Shown here in pieces: positions 32,812 through 42,775 of a DNA stretch of 64,000 nucleotides. How positions within the stretch are numbered: the first letter of the stretch is position 1; the number at the start of each line of letters is the position of its first letter. The stretch comes from Myxococcota bacterium (GTDB lineage: Bacteria; Myxococcota_A; Polyangia; Nannocystales; Nannocystaceae): NCBI GenBank assembly GCA_039028615.1, contig JBCCHT010000009.1, positions 64,001 to 128,000 of the forward strand. The letters run 5' to 3'. The position numbers were made by a program, and so were the translations under genes. The notes below the pieces were generated by a model, which saw nothing but the letters and a program-made list of their open reading frames with translations, was not told where the DNA came from and did not search any database.

Positions 32812-33855
32812 CTACAGCTGGCTGTCGAGCATCAGCTCGAGGTCGGGCGGCAGGACCTTCTTGCCCTTCACCCGGTAGGTGGGCGTGACCTTGATCTTCA
32901 GCTTGCGCGCCGCCGCGGCCTCGGTGTCGGCCCACTCGTAAGTCTGCGGGTCCTCGAGGCAGATCATGAACGAGGGCTCGTCGAGCTTCAGCGCTCGGGC
33001 GCCGTCGAGCACGTCGAGGTCGGCACGCCCGGGGCGATTGGCGAACAGCCACGCGTCCATCTCCCAGAACTTGCCTTGCTCGTGGGCGCAGTGAGCCGCG
33101 CGCACCGAAAGGCACCCGTGGTTGCGCTCGTTGCAGCGCATGCGGGGCTGGTGGCGACGGATGACTCGCAGTCGGTCGCCATCGGTGGCGAGGCGTCGAC
33201 GGGTGCGATTGGTCGCGATGGCGCAGTGGGGGCAGCCGTAGTCGACGAACTCCTCGATGGTGATCGTCGGGTTCTCGGCGCCGACCCAGTGGTGGCCCTG
33301 TTCGGTGACCCCAGTGGGGTGGGGGACGTCGCTCTGCCAGGTCAGCGGCGCCCAGTAGGGCGGGACCAGCAGCGCGGTCGCCAGCACGATGGTGGCCGGG
33401 ACGGCGATGGCCGAGAAGATCGAAGAGCCGGAGATCGCCTCGCCGTGCTTGCGGTGTGAGCGGAAGGCGACGATGGCGAGCAGCACCGACAGCACGTGGA
33501 CCGCCTCGCACATGAGGCAGACGCTACCGACGTGCAGCAGGCTCTCGAGCAGTAATCCGATGGAGGCCAGGGCCGAGAACGCCGCGAGCGGCCACAGCAG
33601 CTTGCTGCGCTGCCAGGCGGCGATGGTCATGGCCAGGAAGCCGGCGGCACCCCACAGCGGTAGGGGGACGCCGAGCAGCACCGACATGCGCGACAGCGCG
33701 ACCGTGCTGCAATCGAAGCTCTCGTTGACTTTGCAGAAGCTGTCGACCGAGGGCATCAGGTAGGTCTTGGCGTGGATCCACTCCAAGACCCCAGAAACGA
33801 CGAGGCCCGCGACTGCCAACAGTAGAGGCAGCAGCCGCGGGACCTTGTTGCTCAT
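32812..33855 (-). CDS. VKOR-DsbA(thioredoxin) fusion, disulfide-bond formation protein
   Basis: VKOR loop Cys pair CKVNESFDC, TM CLMC; thioredoxin-like CPHC and TPT cis-Pro motif. Confidence 0.9.
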   Translation of the reverse strand: MSNKVPRLLPLLLAVAGLVVSGVLEWIHAKTYLMPSVDSFCKVNESFDCSTVALSRMSVLLGVPLPLWGAAGFLAMTIAAWQRSKLLWPLAAFSALASIGLLLESLLHVGSVCLMCEAVHVLSVLLAIVAFRSHRKHGEAISGSSIFSAIAVPATIVLATALLVPPYWAPLTWQSDVPHPTGVTEQGHHWVGAENPTITIEEFVDYGCPHCAIATNRTRRRLATDGDRLRVIRRHQPRMRCNERNHGCLSVRAAHCAHEQGKFWEMDAWLFANRPGRADLDVLDGARALKLDEPSFMICLEDPQTYEWADTEAAAARKLKIKVTPTYRVKGKKVLPPDLELMLDSQL

Positions 33856-33903
33856 CAGTTCGGTTCCCTTCCGTGATTCACGAACGTGGGACCGAAGTGC
33901 TCA

Positions 33904-35250
33904 TCAGCCGCCGACCAGGAAGGTGGCGAAGTTGAGCTGAGCGCCCACCGAAGCGGTGAACTCGGTGCCGATCTCGCCGACGATGGTGACGGCCTCTTCG
34001 AGGGCCGGCAGCACGCAGTCGATGCGACCCGGGGCGATGTCGAACTCGCCGCTGAGGCCAGCGCTGACCAGGCCCGAGAACTGGGTCTGGATGTTGGCGA
34101 ACGGAGCGGGGTCGAAGACCACCTCGCCGTTGACCTCACCGTCGAGCAGAGCCTGCGCGCGGGCGAAGCCCTGGATGATGGCGACACCGCGGACGCGGAG
34201 CTCGCCGATGCGGGCCTGGAAGGCCGCCTGGGCGCTGGCGTCGAGACCGGCCTCGAACTCGTAGACGAGGTCGATGCTGGGCGGGGTGCACTCGATGTTC
34301 GCCTCGGCCTGGGCGGAGGCCTGAGCCTCGCAGTCGGCCGACGCCTCGCACTCGCACTCGGCGGAAGCGCTGGGCGGGGTGAAGCTGCCCTCGCAGGAGC
34401 CCGAGCACTCGCCCATGCAGCTGCCGGAGCACTCGACGCTGCCCTCGCAGCCGCCGGGATCGAAGTCGCCGCGGCAGGTGCCGTGGCAGGTGCCGGAGCA
34501 GGACGCTCCGCCCGAGACCTCGCAGGTGCCCTGGCACATGCCGGAGCACTCGCCCTCGCACTGGCCCTCGGCGTTGGTGAGCGAGCACTCACCGTCGCAG
34601 GCGCCGCGGCAGGTGCCTTCGCAGGACGCGGCGACGTCCAGCTCGCAGGCGCCCTCGCACATGGCGGTGCACTCGAAGCCGGCCGAGGGGGCCTGGCAAG
34701 CGATGTCACCCATGCACTCGGCCGAGCAACCGCCGCGGCAGGTGCCTTCGCACGAGACCGAGACCTCGCCGGGGTCGACCTCGACGTCGCACTCGCAGCC
34801 CGCGTTGGCCTCGCAGCTGGCCTGCGCCTCGACGGAGACGGCAACGTTGGCCGAGCAGCTGGGGGGCACGTACTCGACGGAGATTCCAGCCGAGAGGTTG
34901 GCGTCGAAGTCCGCCTGGATGGCGGCGATGACCTGGTCGACGAACGCGGCGTCGACGCTCACGTCGGCTCCGGCCTCGACCACGCCGTACACCTCGGCGA
35001 GCGCCGTGATGTTCGCGTTGAAGTCCGCGGTGATGGTGCCCGTCGCCCCTTGCAGGTCGGCGAGGGCGTTGAAAAATCCGTCGAGACGGGCGTCGCCCGA
35101 GATGGAGAGCTGGCCGCTGGAGATGCTGCCGCACGGGCCACAGATCCCGCCTCCGTCGCCACAGCCGTCAAGCGTGGTGACGCCTGCCGCAGCGCCAACG
35201 ACGAGGCCGATGCTCGCGAGAGTGAAGCCCTGTTTCCGAATAGCCTTCAT
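33904..35250 (-). CDS. Very Cys-rich lipoprotein with CxGxCxGxC repeats
   Basis: Lipobox LDGC; about 8 CEGTCRGGC-type repeats; strong codon bias. Confidence 0.88.
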   Translation of the reverse strand: MKAIRKQGFTLASIGLVVGAAAGVTTLDGCGDGGGICGPCGSISSGQLSISGDARLDGFFNALADLQGATGTITADFNANITALAEVYGVVEAGADVSVDAAFVDQVIAAIQADFDANLSAGISVEYVPPSCSANVAVSVEAQASCEANAGCECDVEVDPGEVSVSCEGTCRGGCSAECMGDIACQAPSAGFECTAMCEGACELDVAASCEGTCRGACDGECSLTNAEGQCEGECSGMCQGTCEVSGGASCSGTCHGTCRGDFDPGGCEGSVECSGSCMGECSGSCEGSFTPPSASAECECEASADCEAQASAQAEANIECTPPSIDLVYEFEAGLDASAQAAFQARIGELRVRGVAIIQGFARAQALLDGEVNGEVVFDPAPFANIQTQFSGLVSAGLSGEFDIAPGRIDCVLPALEEAVTIVGEIGTEFTASVGAQLNFATFLVGG

Positions 35251-35739
35251 GATGTCCGATTCTCCTGAGTGATCAGCGAGTGAGTGTGCCGAGAGTTCTC
35301 GTTGTTGAAGCTCGGCGCGCTGCCGTTAGCGTGTTCGAGTCGGGGGGGTTGTTTTCGTCGACTCGTTGGAGGCGCCGCGGATGGTCCCATACCCCCGTCC
35401 GGCCTCGCAACGCCCCTTCTGCAAGGGGCGTGTCATCGTGGCATTTCACGAACGACCGCGGGTTGGACCGATGCCGGGCGAGAATCTTCAAAGTGCAGCC
35501 AGTTAACGATTTCGCGGCCCGAATTCGGCCTTTGCATCATCCTGCCCACGGCAAAAAAGTCGCGATGCTCCGCACGTTTTGCCCGATGAGGCCTCGAGTG
35601 GCTGCGGCGCGGCGTTTTGCCTCTGCGGTCGGCTTCGCCCCAACCGATTCCTCCCATTCATCACGCCGCCACAACGAACGATCGATGACGCGCCGAGGCC
35701 CGATAGAGGAAAGAGGTTCCGCCCTGGGCCGGAACGTCG

Positions 35740-36774
35740 TCATGAAGGATGGCGTTGCGATCCCCCCGGTCGATCGATCACCACGGGGCAGTGATCGCTG
35801 ATGCCCTGGAGGTCGGGGTCGGGGTGATGCTCGGAGGCGTGCACGGGATCACATGCGTGTCGTGCACAGTGAGCGCCGGACCACGCGACGCGCTGGTCGG
35901 GATCGGGAGGCGACGTGATCGGACTCCAGGCGAGATCGAGTCGGGAAGGCTCCCACCACGAGTCCCGCCGAGATCCTTCCCAATAGGCGGTACAGCCGCC
36001 GTTGGACGCCCAAACGCCGAGGCCGACGGAGGCGAGGACGCGCTCGAGCTGGCGTAGCTCGGCGGTGGCGGGGGTGGAGGTTCCGCCCGCGACGTTGAAG
36101 TCACCGACGAGCAGGACGTCGTGCATGCGGTGGCTCGGGGCAAGGGATTCACCGAGGATTCGTGTGAGCACGGCCCATTGCTGCCGACGCATGGGCAGAC
36201 CATCACGGGTGGCCTTGAGGTGCACGTTGACGAGTCGGAATGCAGATCCGGCATTCCGGCCGAGCGGCTGTACCCACGCCGACAACCCGGGGCGAACCTT
36301 GCCGCCCATGCTGAGCTGTCGATGTTCGACGATGTCGTGCAGATCGACGCGGGTGGGATCCCACCCGAACACCAAACGCTGATCGTGACGGCCTCCGGTC
36401 TCCGAGGTGTGCCAGCGCCACTGGGGACGCAGGGCGAACAGAGCCTCGGGATCGCGCACCTCTTGGGCCGCGAGCACGGCGGGGGCGAGCTCGTCGAGGT
36501 GCTCGCGAAGGCGATCGAGGTCGTGCGTGCCCGGGAAGTTGCGCAGGTTCCAGGAAACGACCCGTAGGTGGTCGTGGCCTGCCGCGGGCACGGTGCGGCC
36601 CTGGTGCTCGAGCGCGGCGTGGCGGAGAGCGGGATAGCTACAGACCAACGCCGCGACGGCGAGGGGCAGACGCCAACGGGACCACGCGCGCATCGGGGCG
36701 GTTGTCGACCATCGGGCGCGGCCCGTTGCGCCGTTCGAAACAAAAGAAGGCGGGCGAGTCGAAGACTCTCCCAC
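35740..36774 (-). CDS. Endonuclease/exonuclease/phosphatase (EEP) family protein
   Basis: SWNLRNF, QEV, NVHLKA, GDFN, SDHCPV; start uncertain. Confidence 0.88.
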   Translation of the reverse strand: MGESSTRPPSFVSNGATGRARWSTTAPMRAWSRWRLPLAVAALVCSYPALRHAALEHQGRTVPAAGHDHLRVVSWNLRNFPGTHDLDRLREHLDELAPAVLAAQEVRDPEALFALRPQWRWHTSETGGRHDQRLVFGWDPTRVDLHDIVEHRQLSMGGKVRPGLSAWVQPLGRNAGSAFRLVNVHLKATRDGLPMRRQQWAVLTRILGESLAPSHRMHDVLLVGDFNVAGGTSTPATAELRQLERVLASVGLGVWASNGGCTAYWEGSRRDSWWEPSRLDLAWSPITSPPDPDQRVAWSGAHCARHACDPVHASEHHPDPDLQGISDHCPVVIDRPGGSQRHPS

Positions 36775-36803
36775 CTTCCATTCGATGGATGTCGCGCGAA
36801 GGC

Positions 36804-37088
36804 CTAGCGGTCTTGAAGCCGCTTACGCTCGCGACGCTTGCGGCGACGCTCGGCCTCGCGGAGCTTTCTCTTGCTCTTCACGCTCGGCTTCTCGTGATGG
36901 CGACGACGCTTGATCTCTCGGAGCACGCCCTCGCTGGCGAGGAGGCGGCGAAGCTTGCGGATGGCTCGCTCGACGCCGCGGTCATCGACCCGAACTTCGA
37001 GGGGGCGACCCTGCACGGGCTCGTACTGGACGACTTGCTCGGCCGCGTTGACGGTGGGCTCGGGAGTGGCTTGTTCAGGCGTCGACAT
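36804..37088 (-). CDS. rpsU: 30S ribosomal protein S21 with N-terminal extension
   Basis: VERAIRKLRR..EGVLREIKRRRHHEKPSVKSKRK. Confidence 0.92.
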   Translation of the reverse strand: MSTPEQATPEPTVNAAEQVVQYEPVQGRPLEVRVDDRGVERAIRKLRRLLASEGVLREIKRRRHHEKPSVKSKRKLREAERRRKRRERKRLQDR

Positions 37089-37262
37089 CGAAGGGCTAGG
37101 ACGTATAGAAGTCGCGGCGCGGGCGGTCAAGCCCCGAGATGCAGGGGATTGGATCCGCGGGCTCACAGGCGCGCTGCGTGATGTGCGCGGTGTCTGCCGT
37201 GTGGGCAGAGGCCGCCCGAGGGCCGGCAAATCGCCGGATCCGCGCTCGCACTGGGGAACAGG

Positions 37263-38042
37263 TCACGGGCGGCGACCGCCCGCGGCCGCGAGCCGACCGC
37301 CATCGACGGCGAGGATCTGCCCGGTGACGTGGCGGCTGCCCGCAAAGAACACCACCGCCGCGGCGACATCGGCCGGCGTGCCGATGCGGCCGAGGGGGAT
37401 CTCGTCGATGATCGCGCGCTGGCGGTCGGGGGTGTCGAGCTCGGCCGGCCAATCGACGGTCCCGGGCGCGACGCCGTTGACCCGCAGGGGCGCCAGCTCC
37501 ACCGCGAGCCCGCGCGTGGCGGCGAGCAGCCCGGCCTTGGCGGTGCAGTGGTCGAGGTATTCGGGCCAGGGGTGTACCCCGGCCACGTCGAGGATGTTGA
37601 TGATCGCGCCGCCCCGGGCCTGCAGGGCGGGGGCGCACGCGCGGGCCAGCGACAAGGGCGCGATCAGGTTGAGCTCGAGGACCCGGCGGAGATCGCCATC
37701 GCCGCGCTCGAGGAACGGACCGCGCTCGAACCCGGCGGCATTGTTGACCAGCAGATCGAGCCGCCCTCCGGCCGGGCCCTGCGGATCGGTCACCGTGCGC
37801 GCGAGTGACCGCCGCTGCGCTTCGTCCATGAGATCTGCCGCGACGGGCCCCAGGGGCGGCGGCGTCGAGGCCTCGGACAAGCTGGCATGCCGCTGGGTGG
37901 CCGCCTCGCCCGAGCGATGGTGGTGCATCCACACGCGGTAGCCGGCCTCGGCGAGGGCGGTGGTGATGGCTGCGCCGACGCGGATTGCCGATCCCGTGAC
38001 CAGCGCGACGGGGGCGTCGGCGTACCGATCGAAATCGGTCAT
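37263..38042 (-). CDS. SDR, pteridine reductase/FolM-like
   Basis: TGSAIRVGAAI (GxxxRxG of pteridine reductases), LVNNAA, IINILD, RVNGVAPG, TGQILAVDGG. Confidence 0.85.
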   Translation of the reverse strand: MTDFDRYADAPVALVTGSAIRVGAAITTALAEAGYRVWMHHHRSGEAATQRHASLSEASTPPPLGPVAADLMDEAQRRSLARTVTDPQGPAGGRLDLLVNNAAGFERGPFLERGDGDLRRVLELNLIAPLSLARACAPALQARGGAIINILDVAGVHPWPEYLDHCTAKAGLLAATRGLAVELAPLRVNGVAPGTVDWPAELDTPDRQRAIIDEIPLGRIGTPADVAAAVVFFAGSRHVTGQILAVDGGRLAAAGGRRP

Positions 38043-38078
38043 GGGGGCATGGTAGCCGACCCGCGCGACGGGCTCGAA

Positions 38079-38116
38079 TTGACAGGCATGCCGGCAGCGG
38101 GCAGCGTTGCCGTCAG
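38079..38116 (+). promoter_or_regulatory. Putative -35 (TTGACA) with an imperfect dyad upstream of the MerR gene
   Basis: TTGACA at 38079-38084; tgacaggca...tgccgtca imperfect inverted repeat. Confidence 0.3.
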
Positions 38117-38125
38117 GGTCACGCC

Positions 38126-38650
38126 GTGGCGGATCGTTATCTGACGCTCAAGGACATGACGAGTGGAGGCCGTTGTACGCCTCGCACCGTCCGGTACTAC
38201 GAGCGCCAGGGGTTGTTGCGCGCCACCCGGAGCGCGGGGGGGCATCGGCTCTTCGCCGCCATCGAGCTCGAGCGCCTCAACTTCGTCATCGCGTTGCGAG
38301 AGGCGGGGTGGGCCCTCGAGGAGATCGTCGAGGTCCTCGGGGCCCGGGATACCGCGCCCACCGATCGCGAGGCGGCCAAGCGTCTCGATGGTCTGCTGGC
38401 CACGCATCTCGAGCGGCTCGACCGGAAGCTCGAGATCCTCAACCGGCTGCGTGAAGAGCTGCGCAGCACTCAGCAGGCCCTGCGCGTGTGCCTCGAGTGC
38501 ACGGGGGAGCACGACGAGGTCTCGTGCGAGTCGTGTCATCGACTCCCCGAGCTCGTAAAGCTTCCCCGGGGGTTCCGGCTCACGTGGCGCGGACGAGAGG
38601 ACGGCGACCCGCCCTTCGACGAGCCGGCCTCGCCCGCGGGCGCGGAGTAA
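38126..38650 (+). CDS. MerR-family transcriptional regulator with C-terminal Cys cluster
   Basis: TPRTVRYYERQGLL..RSAGGHRLF; CLECTGEHDEVSCESC. Confidence 0.9.
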   Translation: MADRYLTLKDMTSGGRCTPRTVRYYERQGLLRATRSAGGHRLFAAIELERLNFVIALREAGWALEEIVEVLGARDTAPTDREAAKRLDGLLATHLERLDRKLEILNRLREELRSTQQALRVCLECTGEHDEVSCESCHRLPELVKLPRGFRLTWRGREDGDPPFDEPASPAGAE

Positions 38651-38664
38651 GGTATCCCGCGAGG

Positions 38665-39231
38665 GTGAGCGAGCCCGCGGACGATCCCACCGTGCAGGCC
38701 TTGGTGCCGGCCGTCGATCAGTTCTTGCGCGCGTGCGGCCAGGACCTGGAGCACAAGGACTTCAGCGACACCCCGGCGCGCGTGGCCAAGCTGTGGCGCG
38801 AGAAGTTCCTGTCGGGCGAGACCATGGACCCGGCGCAGATCCTCGGCGACCCGGTCGAAGGCGAGGCGCCGACCGAGCTGGTCATCATTCGCGACCTGCC
38901 CTACCACGGCATGTGCCCGCATCACCTGCTGCCCTACGTGGGGCGGGCCACGGTGGCCTACCTGCCGGGGGAGCAGCTCGTGGGCTTCGGCCGGCTCGGC
39001 GATCTGGTCAACTGCTTCACCCGGCGGCTCACGCTGCAAGAGCGAGCCTGCAACGAGATCGTCGACGCCCTCATGAGGCACCTCGACGCTCGCGGGGCGG
39101 GCTGCGTGATGGTGGGCGAGCACATGTGCCTGAAGATCCCGGACAACCGTCATCGGGCCGAGGTCGTCACCGCGTCCTTTCGCGGCGAGCTGCAGCGTCG
39201 CACCGAGCTCCAAGATCGGCTGTGGTCATGA
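38665..39231 (+). CDS. folE: GTP cyclohydrolase I-like (divergent FolE)
   Basis: DTPARVAK, MCPHHLLP, VAYLP, RRLTLQER, EHMC. Confidence 0.85.
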   Translation: MSEPADDPTVQALVPAVDQFLRACGQDLEHKDFSDTPARVAKLWREKFLSGETMDPAQILGDPVEGEAPTELVIIRDLPYHGMCPHHLLPYVGRATVAYLPGEQLVGFGRLGDLVNCFTRRLTLQERACNEIVDALMRHLDARGAGCVMVGEHMCLKIPDNRHRAEVVTASFRGELQRRTELQDRLWS

Positions 39232-39905
39232 GCGCTCGCGGCCTTCGTCTGTACGTGTTGCGGCACGGCGAGCCCGATCGTCGCGACATCTTCTACGGCT
39301 TCCACGACGTCGGGCTCTCCGAGCGAGGGCTCGCGCAGGCGCAAGGCCAGGCCGAGTGCCTGGGCTCGATTCCCTTCACCGCCATCTACTCCAGCGACCT
39401 TCAGCGGGCGCGCCGAGGGGCCGAGCTCATCGCCGAGCGACGCGACCTCGACGTCCGCATCGAGACCGAGCTGCGTGAGATGAGCCTCGGCGAGCTCGAG
39501 GGCGTGCCGCATCAAGAAGCCAAGGAGCGCTATCCCGAATGGGCCGGGCGTTCGTACTTCGACATGCTCGACGCGCGGATGCCCGGGGGCGGCGAGAGCG
39601 TGCGTGACCTTTCGGTGCGCGTGCTCGCGTGCCTCGAACGCATTGCGGCAGAACACGCCGATGTCCCCGACCAAGGGCGTTGGCCTACCGTGCTGGTCTA
39701 TGCACACAACACCGTGGCCCGCGTGTTGTTGGCCCAGGCGGCAGGCGTCGGAGTGTCCGGATATCCACGTTTCCTGCAGCGCTACGGTGCGATCAACCGC
39801 ATCGAGGTGCCCGTGGTCGAACCCGGCGATTCCGACGACGGCGCCGGCTGCATCCAGTGGGACAGAGCCACGATTGCGTATTGCAACCGCGATCCGCTGG
39901 CCTAG
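39228..39905 (+). CDS. Histidine phosphatase family protein
   Basis: LRHGE, SSDLQRA, LREMSLG, PGGGES, AH; ATGA overlap with folE-like gene. Confidence 0.9.
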   Translation: MSARGLRLYVLRHGEPDRRDIFYGFHDVGLSERGLAQAQGQAECLGSIPFTAIYSSDLQRARRGAELIAERRDLDVRIETELREMSLGELEGVPHQEAKERYPEWAGRSYFDMLDARMPGGGESVRDLSVRVLACLERIAAEHADVPDQGRWPTVLVYAHNTVARVLLAQAAGVGVSGYPRFLQRYGAINRIEVPVVEPGDSDDGAGCIQWDRATIAYCNRDPLA

Positions 39906-40158
39906 GGTGGTGGGTGGCGCTACGCTCGATGGACACCTGAAGAAGTCGTGCCCCCCACTGCGCGGATTCGAGGTTCTCGAGTACGTGTCAGCGCACATTG
40001 GGTGACGTCGTCGCGCTTTTCGGCCGTGGTCTGGGTCGGTCCGTGGCTCGGCGAGAAGTCGCGTGTGGGGTGAAACCGTCGAGATCGGGGACCTATCGGC
40101 CTCTGGCTCGCCTGACTACCTCGGACCCGCTACAGTGAACCGTAACGATCCTCTCGCC

Positions 40159-40878
40159 ATGTTGGACGATGCTCGAAAACCCGCTGCGGAGGTACTGGCT
40201 GCACTGCCCGTATTCCCACTTCCCAATGCGGTGCTGTTGCCGGGCATGGTGTTGCCGTTGAACGTCTTCGAGGGGCGGTATCTCGAGCTGGTCGATCACG
40301 TGCGGGCCGGCGGCGGTCACCTCGGCATCCCGCTGCTGCGTCCGGGGTTCGAGGCCGAGTACGAGGGGCGCCCCGCCATCGAGTCCGTGTTCGGGCTGGG
40401 GCGGCTCGCGTCGCACCAGCGCTTGCCCGACGGCCGCCGTTTCATTCGTGTCGAGGGGCTCGGCCGCGTGCGAACCCTGCAGGAGCTCCCGCCGCGAGCG
40501 ACCTTTCGCGAGCTTTCGGTCGAGGTCCTGCCCGAGCCGGAGCCCCGCGACGTGCACCAGCTGTCGGTCCTCGAGGCCCAGCTCGAGCGCATCTCGGGCA
40601 CGCTCGGCCCCGACGACGCCCACATGGTCGAGTCCGTCCTGCGCATCACCGACGTCGGCCTCAAGCTCTACGCGATCACGGCCATCATGCCGACGCTCGG
40701 GTTTTTGGCGCACGGCAATCGCATCAGCAACGGTCGCCCCGCGCTGCTCGAGTTTCAGCAGCAGTGCTTGGCCGCCGACGATGGCGACGGTCAGGTCGAG
40801 GTGCTGATCGAGTGCGCCGCGGGCATCTGCGACGAGATGGCCGACAGCGGGCGCTGGCCCAAGCGCATGCTGAACTAG
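40159..40878 (+). CDS. Stand-alone Lon N-terminal (substrate-binding) domain protein
   Basis: LPVFPLPNAVLLPGMVLPLNVFEGRY, LPDGR...GLGR. Confidence 0.88.
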   Translation: MLDDARKPAAEVLAALPVFPLPNAVLLPGMVLPLNVFEGRYLELVDHVRAGGGHLGIPLLRPGFEAEYEGRPAIESVFGLGRLASHQRLPDGRRFIRVEGLGRVRTLQELPPRATFRELSVEVLPEPEPRDVHQLSVLEAQLERISGTLGPDDAHMVESVLRITDVGLKLYAITAIMPTLGFLAHGNRISNGRPALLEFQQQCLAADDGDGQVEVLIECAAGICDEMADSGRWPKRMLN

Positions 40879-40909
40879 AGCTCCGGCCGACGGTGTCGCG
40901 AAGGTGCGG

Positions 40910-42001
40910 CTAGTCGACGGTACGCAGCAGGCTGCTGCGCTTGGGGCCGGTGGCGCTGCGCTTGCTCGTGCCCAGGGCGGCCGCGGCCGCGAGGTCGAAG
41001 AACGCCTGCGCGTGCGGGGAGTCGGGGTTGCTCTCGACGACGGGGACGCCGGCTTCACCACCGAACGCAATGGCCGGCTCGATGGGGATCTGGGCGAGCA
41101 GCTCGGTGTCGATTTCCTTGGCCAAGCGTTCGCCTCCGCCCGCGCCGAAGATCTCGTCGTGGTGACCACACGCCGGGCAGCGGTAGTAGCTCATGTTTTC
41201 CGTCACGCCGAGCACGGGCACCTCGAGCTTGCCGAACATGTTCACCGCCTTGCGCACGTCGATGAGCGCGACCTCTTGCGGGGTGGTGACGATGACGGAT
41301 CCGTTGATGGGGATGAGCTGCGCCAGCGACAGCTGGGCGTCACCGGTGCCGGGCGGTAGATCGACGATGAGGTAGTCGAGCTCGCCCCACTGCACGTCCT
41401 CGAGGAACTGGGTGAGCAGCTTGTGGATCATGGGCCCGCGCCAGATGACGGCGGACCCGGGCTCCACGAAGTAGTCGACGCTCATGACGGCCAGGCCGCG
41501 GTACAGCGCGGGGGCGATGCCCTTGCCCTCGGGCGCGGTGCCGGCCTCGCGATCGGCCTTGCCGAGCATCTTGGGCACGCTGGGGCCGTAGATGTCGGCG
41601 TCGAGGATGCCGACCGAAGCCCCGAGCTTCTGTAGGGCCAGCGCGACGTTGACGCTGACCGTGCTCTTGCCCACGCCGCCCTTGCCGGCCGCGATGGCGA
41701 TGACGTTCTTGACGGTGGGGAGCCGGTTGAGGTCCTGGCGTGCGGGCTTTTTGGGCACGGCCAGGCCCCAGTCGAACTCGACGCCGGGCAGCGACAGCGA
41801 CTCGAGCGCTTGCCGCACGTCCTTCTCCAGCGTGTCGCGCAGCGGATAGCCCGGAGAGATGAGGTTGATGCTCAGCGTGGCCGCGCCGTCGTCGGCGACG
41901 CTCACCGAAGTGAGCTGACCGGAGGCCACGATGCCGTGACCGGTGGCAGGGTCCTTGACCGAACCCAGTGCGCTACGGATGGTTGCTTCGGTCGTGGACA
42001 T
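40910..42001 (-). CDS. apbC: Mrp/NBP35 (ApbC) Fe-S cluster carrier ATPase
   Basis: GKGGVGKST, DADIYGPS, WRGPM, DLPPGTGD, ENMSYYRCPAC. Confidence 0.95.
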   Translation of the reverse strand: MSTTEATIRSALGSVKDPATGHGIVASGQLTSVSVADDGAATLSINLISPGYPLRDTLEKDVRQALESLSLPGVEFDWGLAVPKKPARQDLNRLPTVKNVIAIAAGKGGVGKSTVSVNVALALQKLGASVGILDADIYGPSVPKMLGKADREAGTAPEGKGIAPALYRGLAVMSVDYFVEPGSAVIWRGPMIHKLLTQFLEDVQWGELDYLIVDLPPGTGDAQLSLAQLIPINGSVIVTTPQEVALIDVRKAVNMFGKLEVPVLGVTENMSYYRCPACGHHDEIFGAGGGERLAKEIDTELLAQIPIEPAIAFGGEAGVPVVESNPDSPHAQAFFDLAAAAALGTSKRSATGPKRSSLLRTVD

Positions 42002-42143
42002 GAGCGCTGGCGCATGTAGCACTGGCCGCGACGACAAGCTACCCTTCCGTCACCCTTTGCCGCCCTTCGCGCAGGTCCAATGTGGCGCGTGCCGTTCGCG
42101 TGCCACCCAGCCTGTCGCCGAGCGCGGACCCAGTACCAGGATC

Positions 42144-42680
42144 ATGGCCGTTCTCGACATCGTCACCTATCCCGATCCCCGCCTTCGCGAGGCCACCTTT
42201 GATGTGAAAGAGGTCGACGACAGCGTGCGCGCGCTGGTGAAGGACATGACCGACACGATGTACGCGCACAACGGCGCAGGCATCGCGGCGATTCAGGTCG
42301 GCCGCTTCGAGCGGATTTTCCTCATCGATGGCCGCGTGGCCACCGGGCAAGAGGACGCCGACCCGGTGGTGTTCATCAACCCGCAAGTGGTGGAGTCCGG
42401 CAAGGGCGAGATCGTCGAAGAAGAAGGCTGCCTCAGCTTCCCTGGTGTGTTCGTCTCCGTGAAGCGTCCGCGCTGGGCCAAGGTCCGCGCGATGAACATG
42501 GACGGCGACACCTTCGAGTGCGAGGGCGAGGGCCTGCTCGGCCGGGCGCTCCAGCACGAGCGTGATCATCTCAATGGCAAGCTCATGTACGACCTCGTCG
42601 GCATGGTCAAAAAAGAGATGATCAAGCGCAAGATGAAGCGCTACCACAACGACCAGGGCCGCGAAGCGGCCAGCCAGTAA
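42144..42680 (+). CDS. def: Peptide deformylase
   Basis: GAGIAAIQVG, EGCLS, QHERDHLNG. Confidence 0.96.
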   Translation: MAVLDIVTYPDPRLREATFDVKEVDDSVRALVKDMTDTMYAHNGAGIAAIQVGRFERIFLIDGRVATGQEDADPVVFINPQVVESGKGEIVEEEGCLSFPGVFVSVKRPRWAKVRAMNMDGDTFECEGEGLLGRALQHERDHLNGKLMYDLVGMVKKEMIKRKMKRYHNDQGREAASQ

Positions 42681-42775
42681 CGGGTAGTCCGTGCCGGATG
42701 ACTGCTCGTAGGCCCGTGCCGAGAGCCCGTCGTTCGCGAACCCCGAGGCGCAGGCGTGGCGTCGTGCGAGCGCCC

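Noticed and set aside
35420..35435. Possible sigma-54 promoter on the minus strand (TGACAC-N5-TTGCA) upstream of the Cys-rich lipoprotein
   Set aside because: The invariant GG at -24 is GA, and the site lies within a hairpin; insufficient support.
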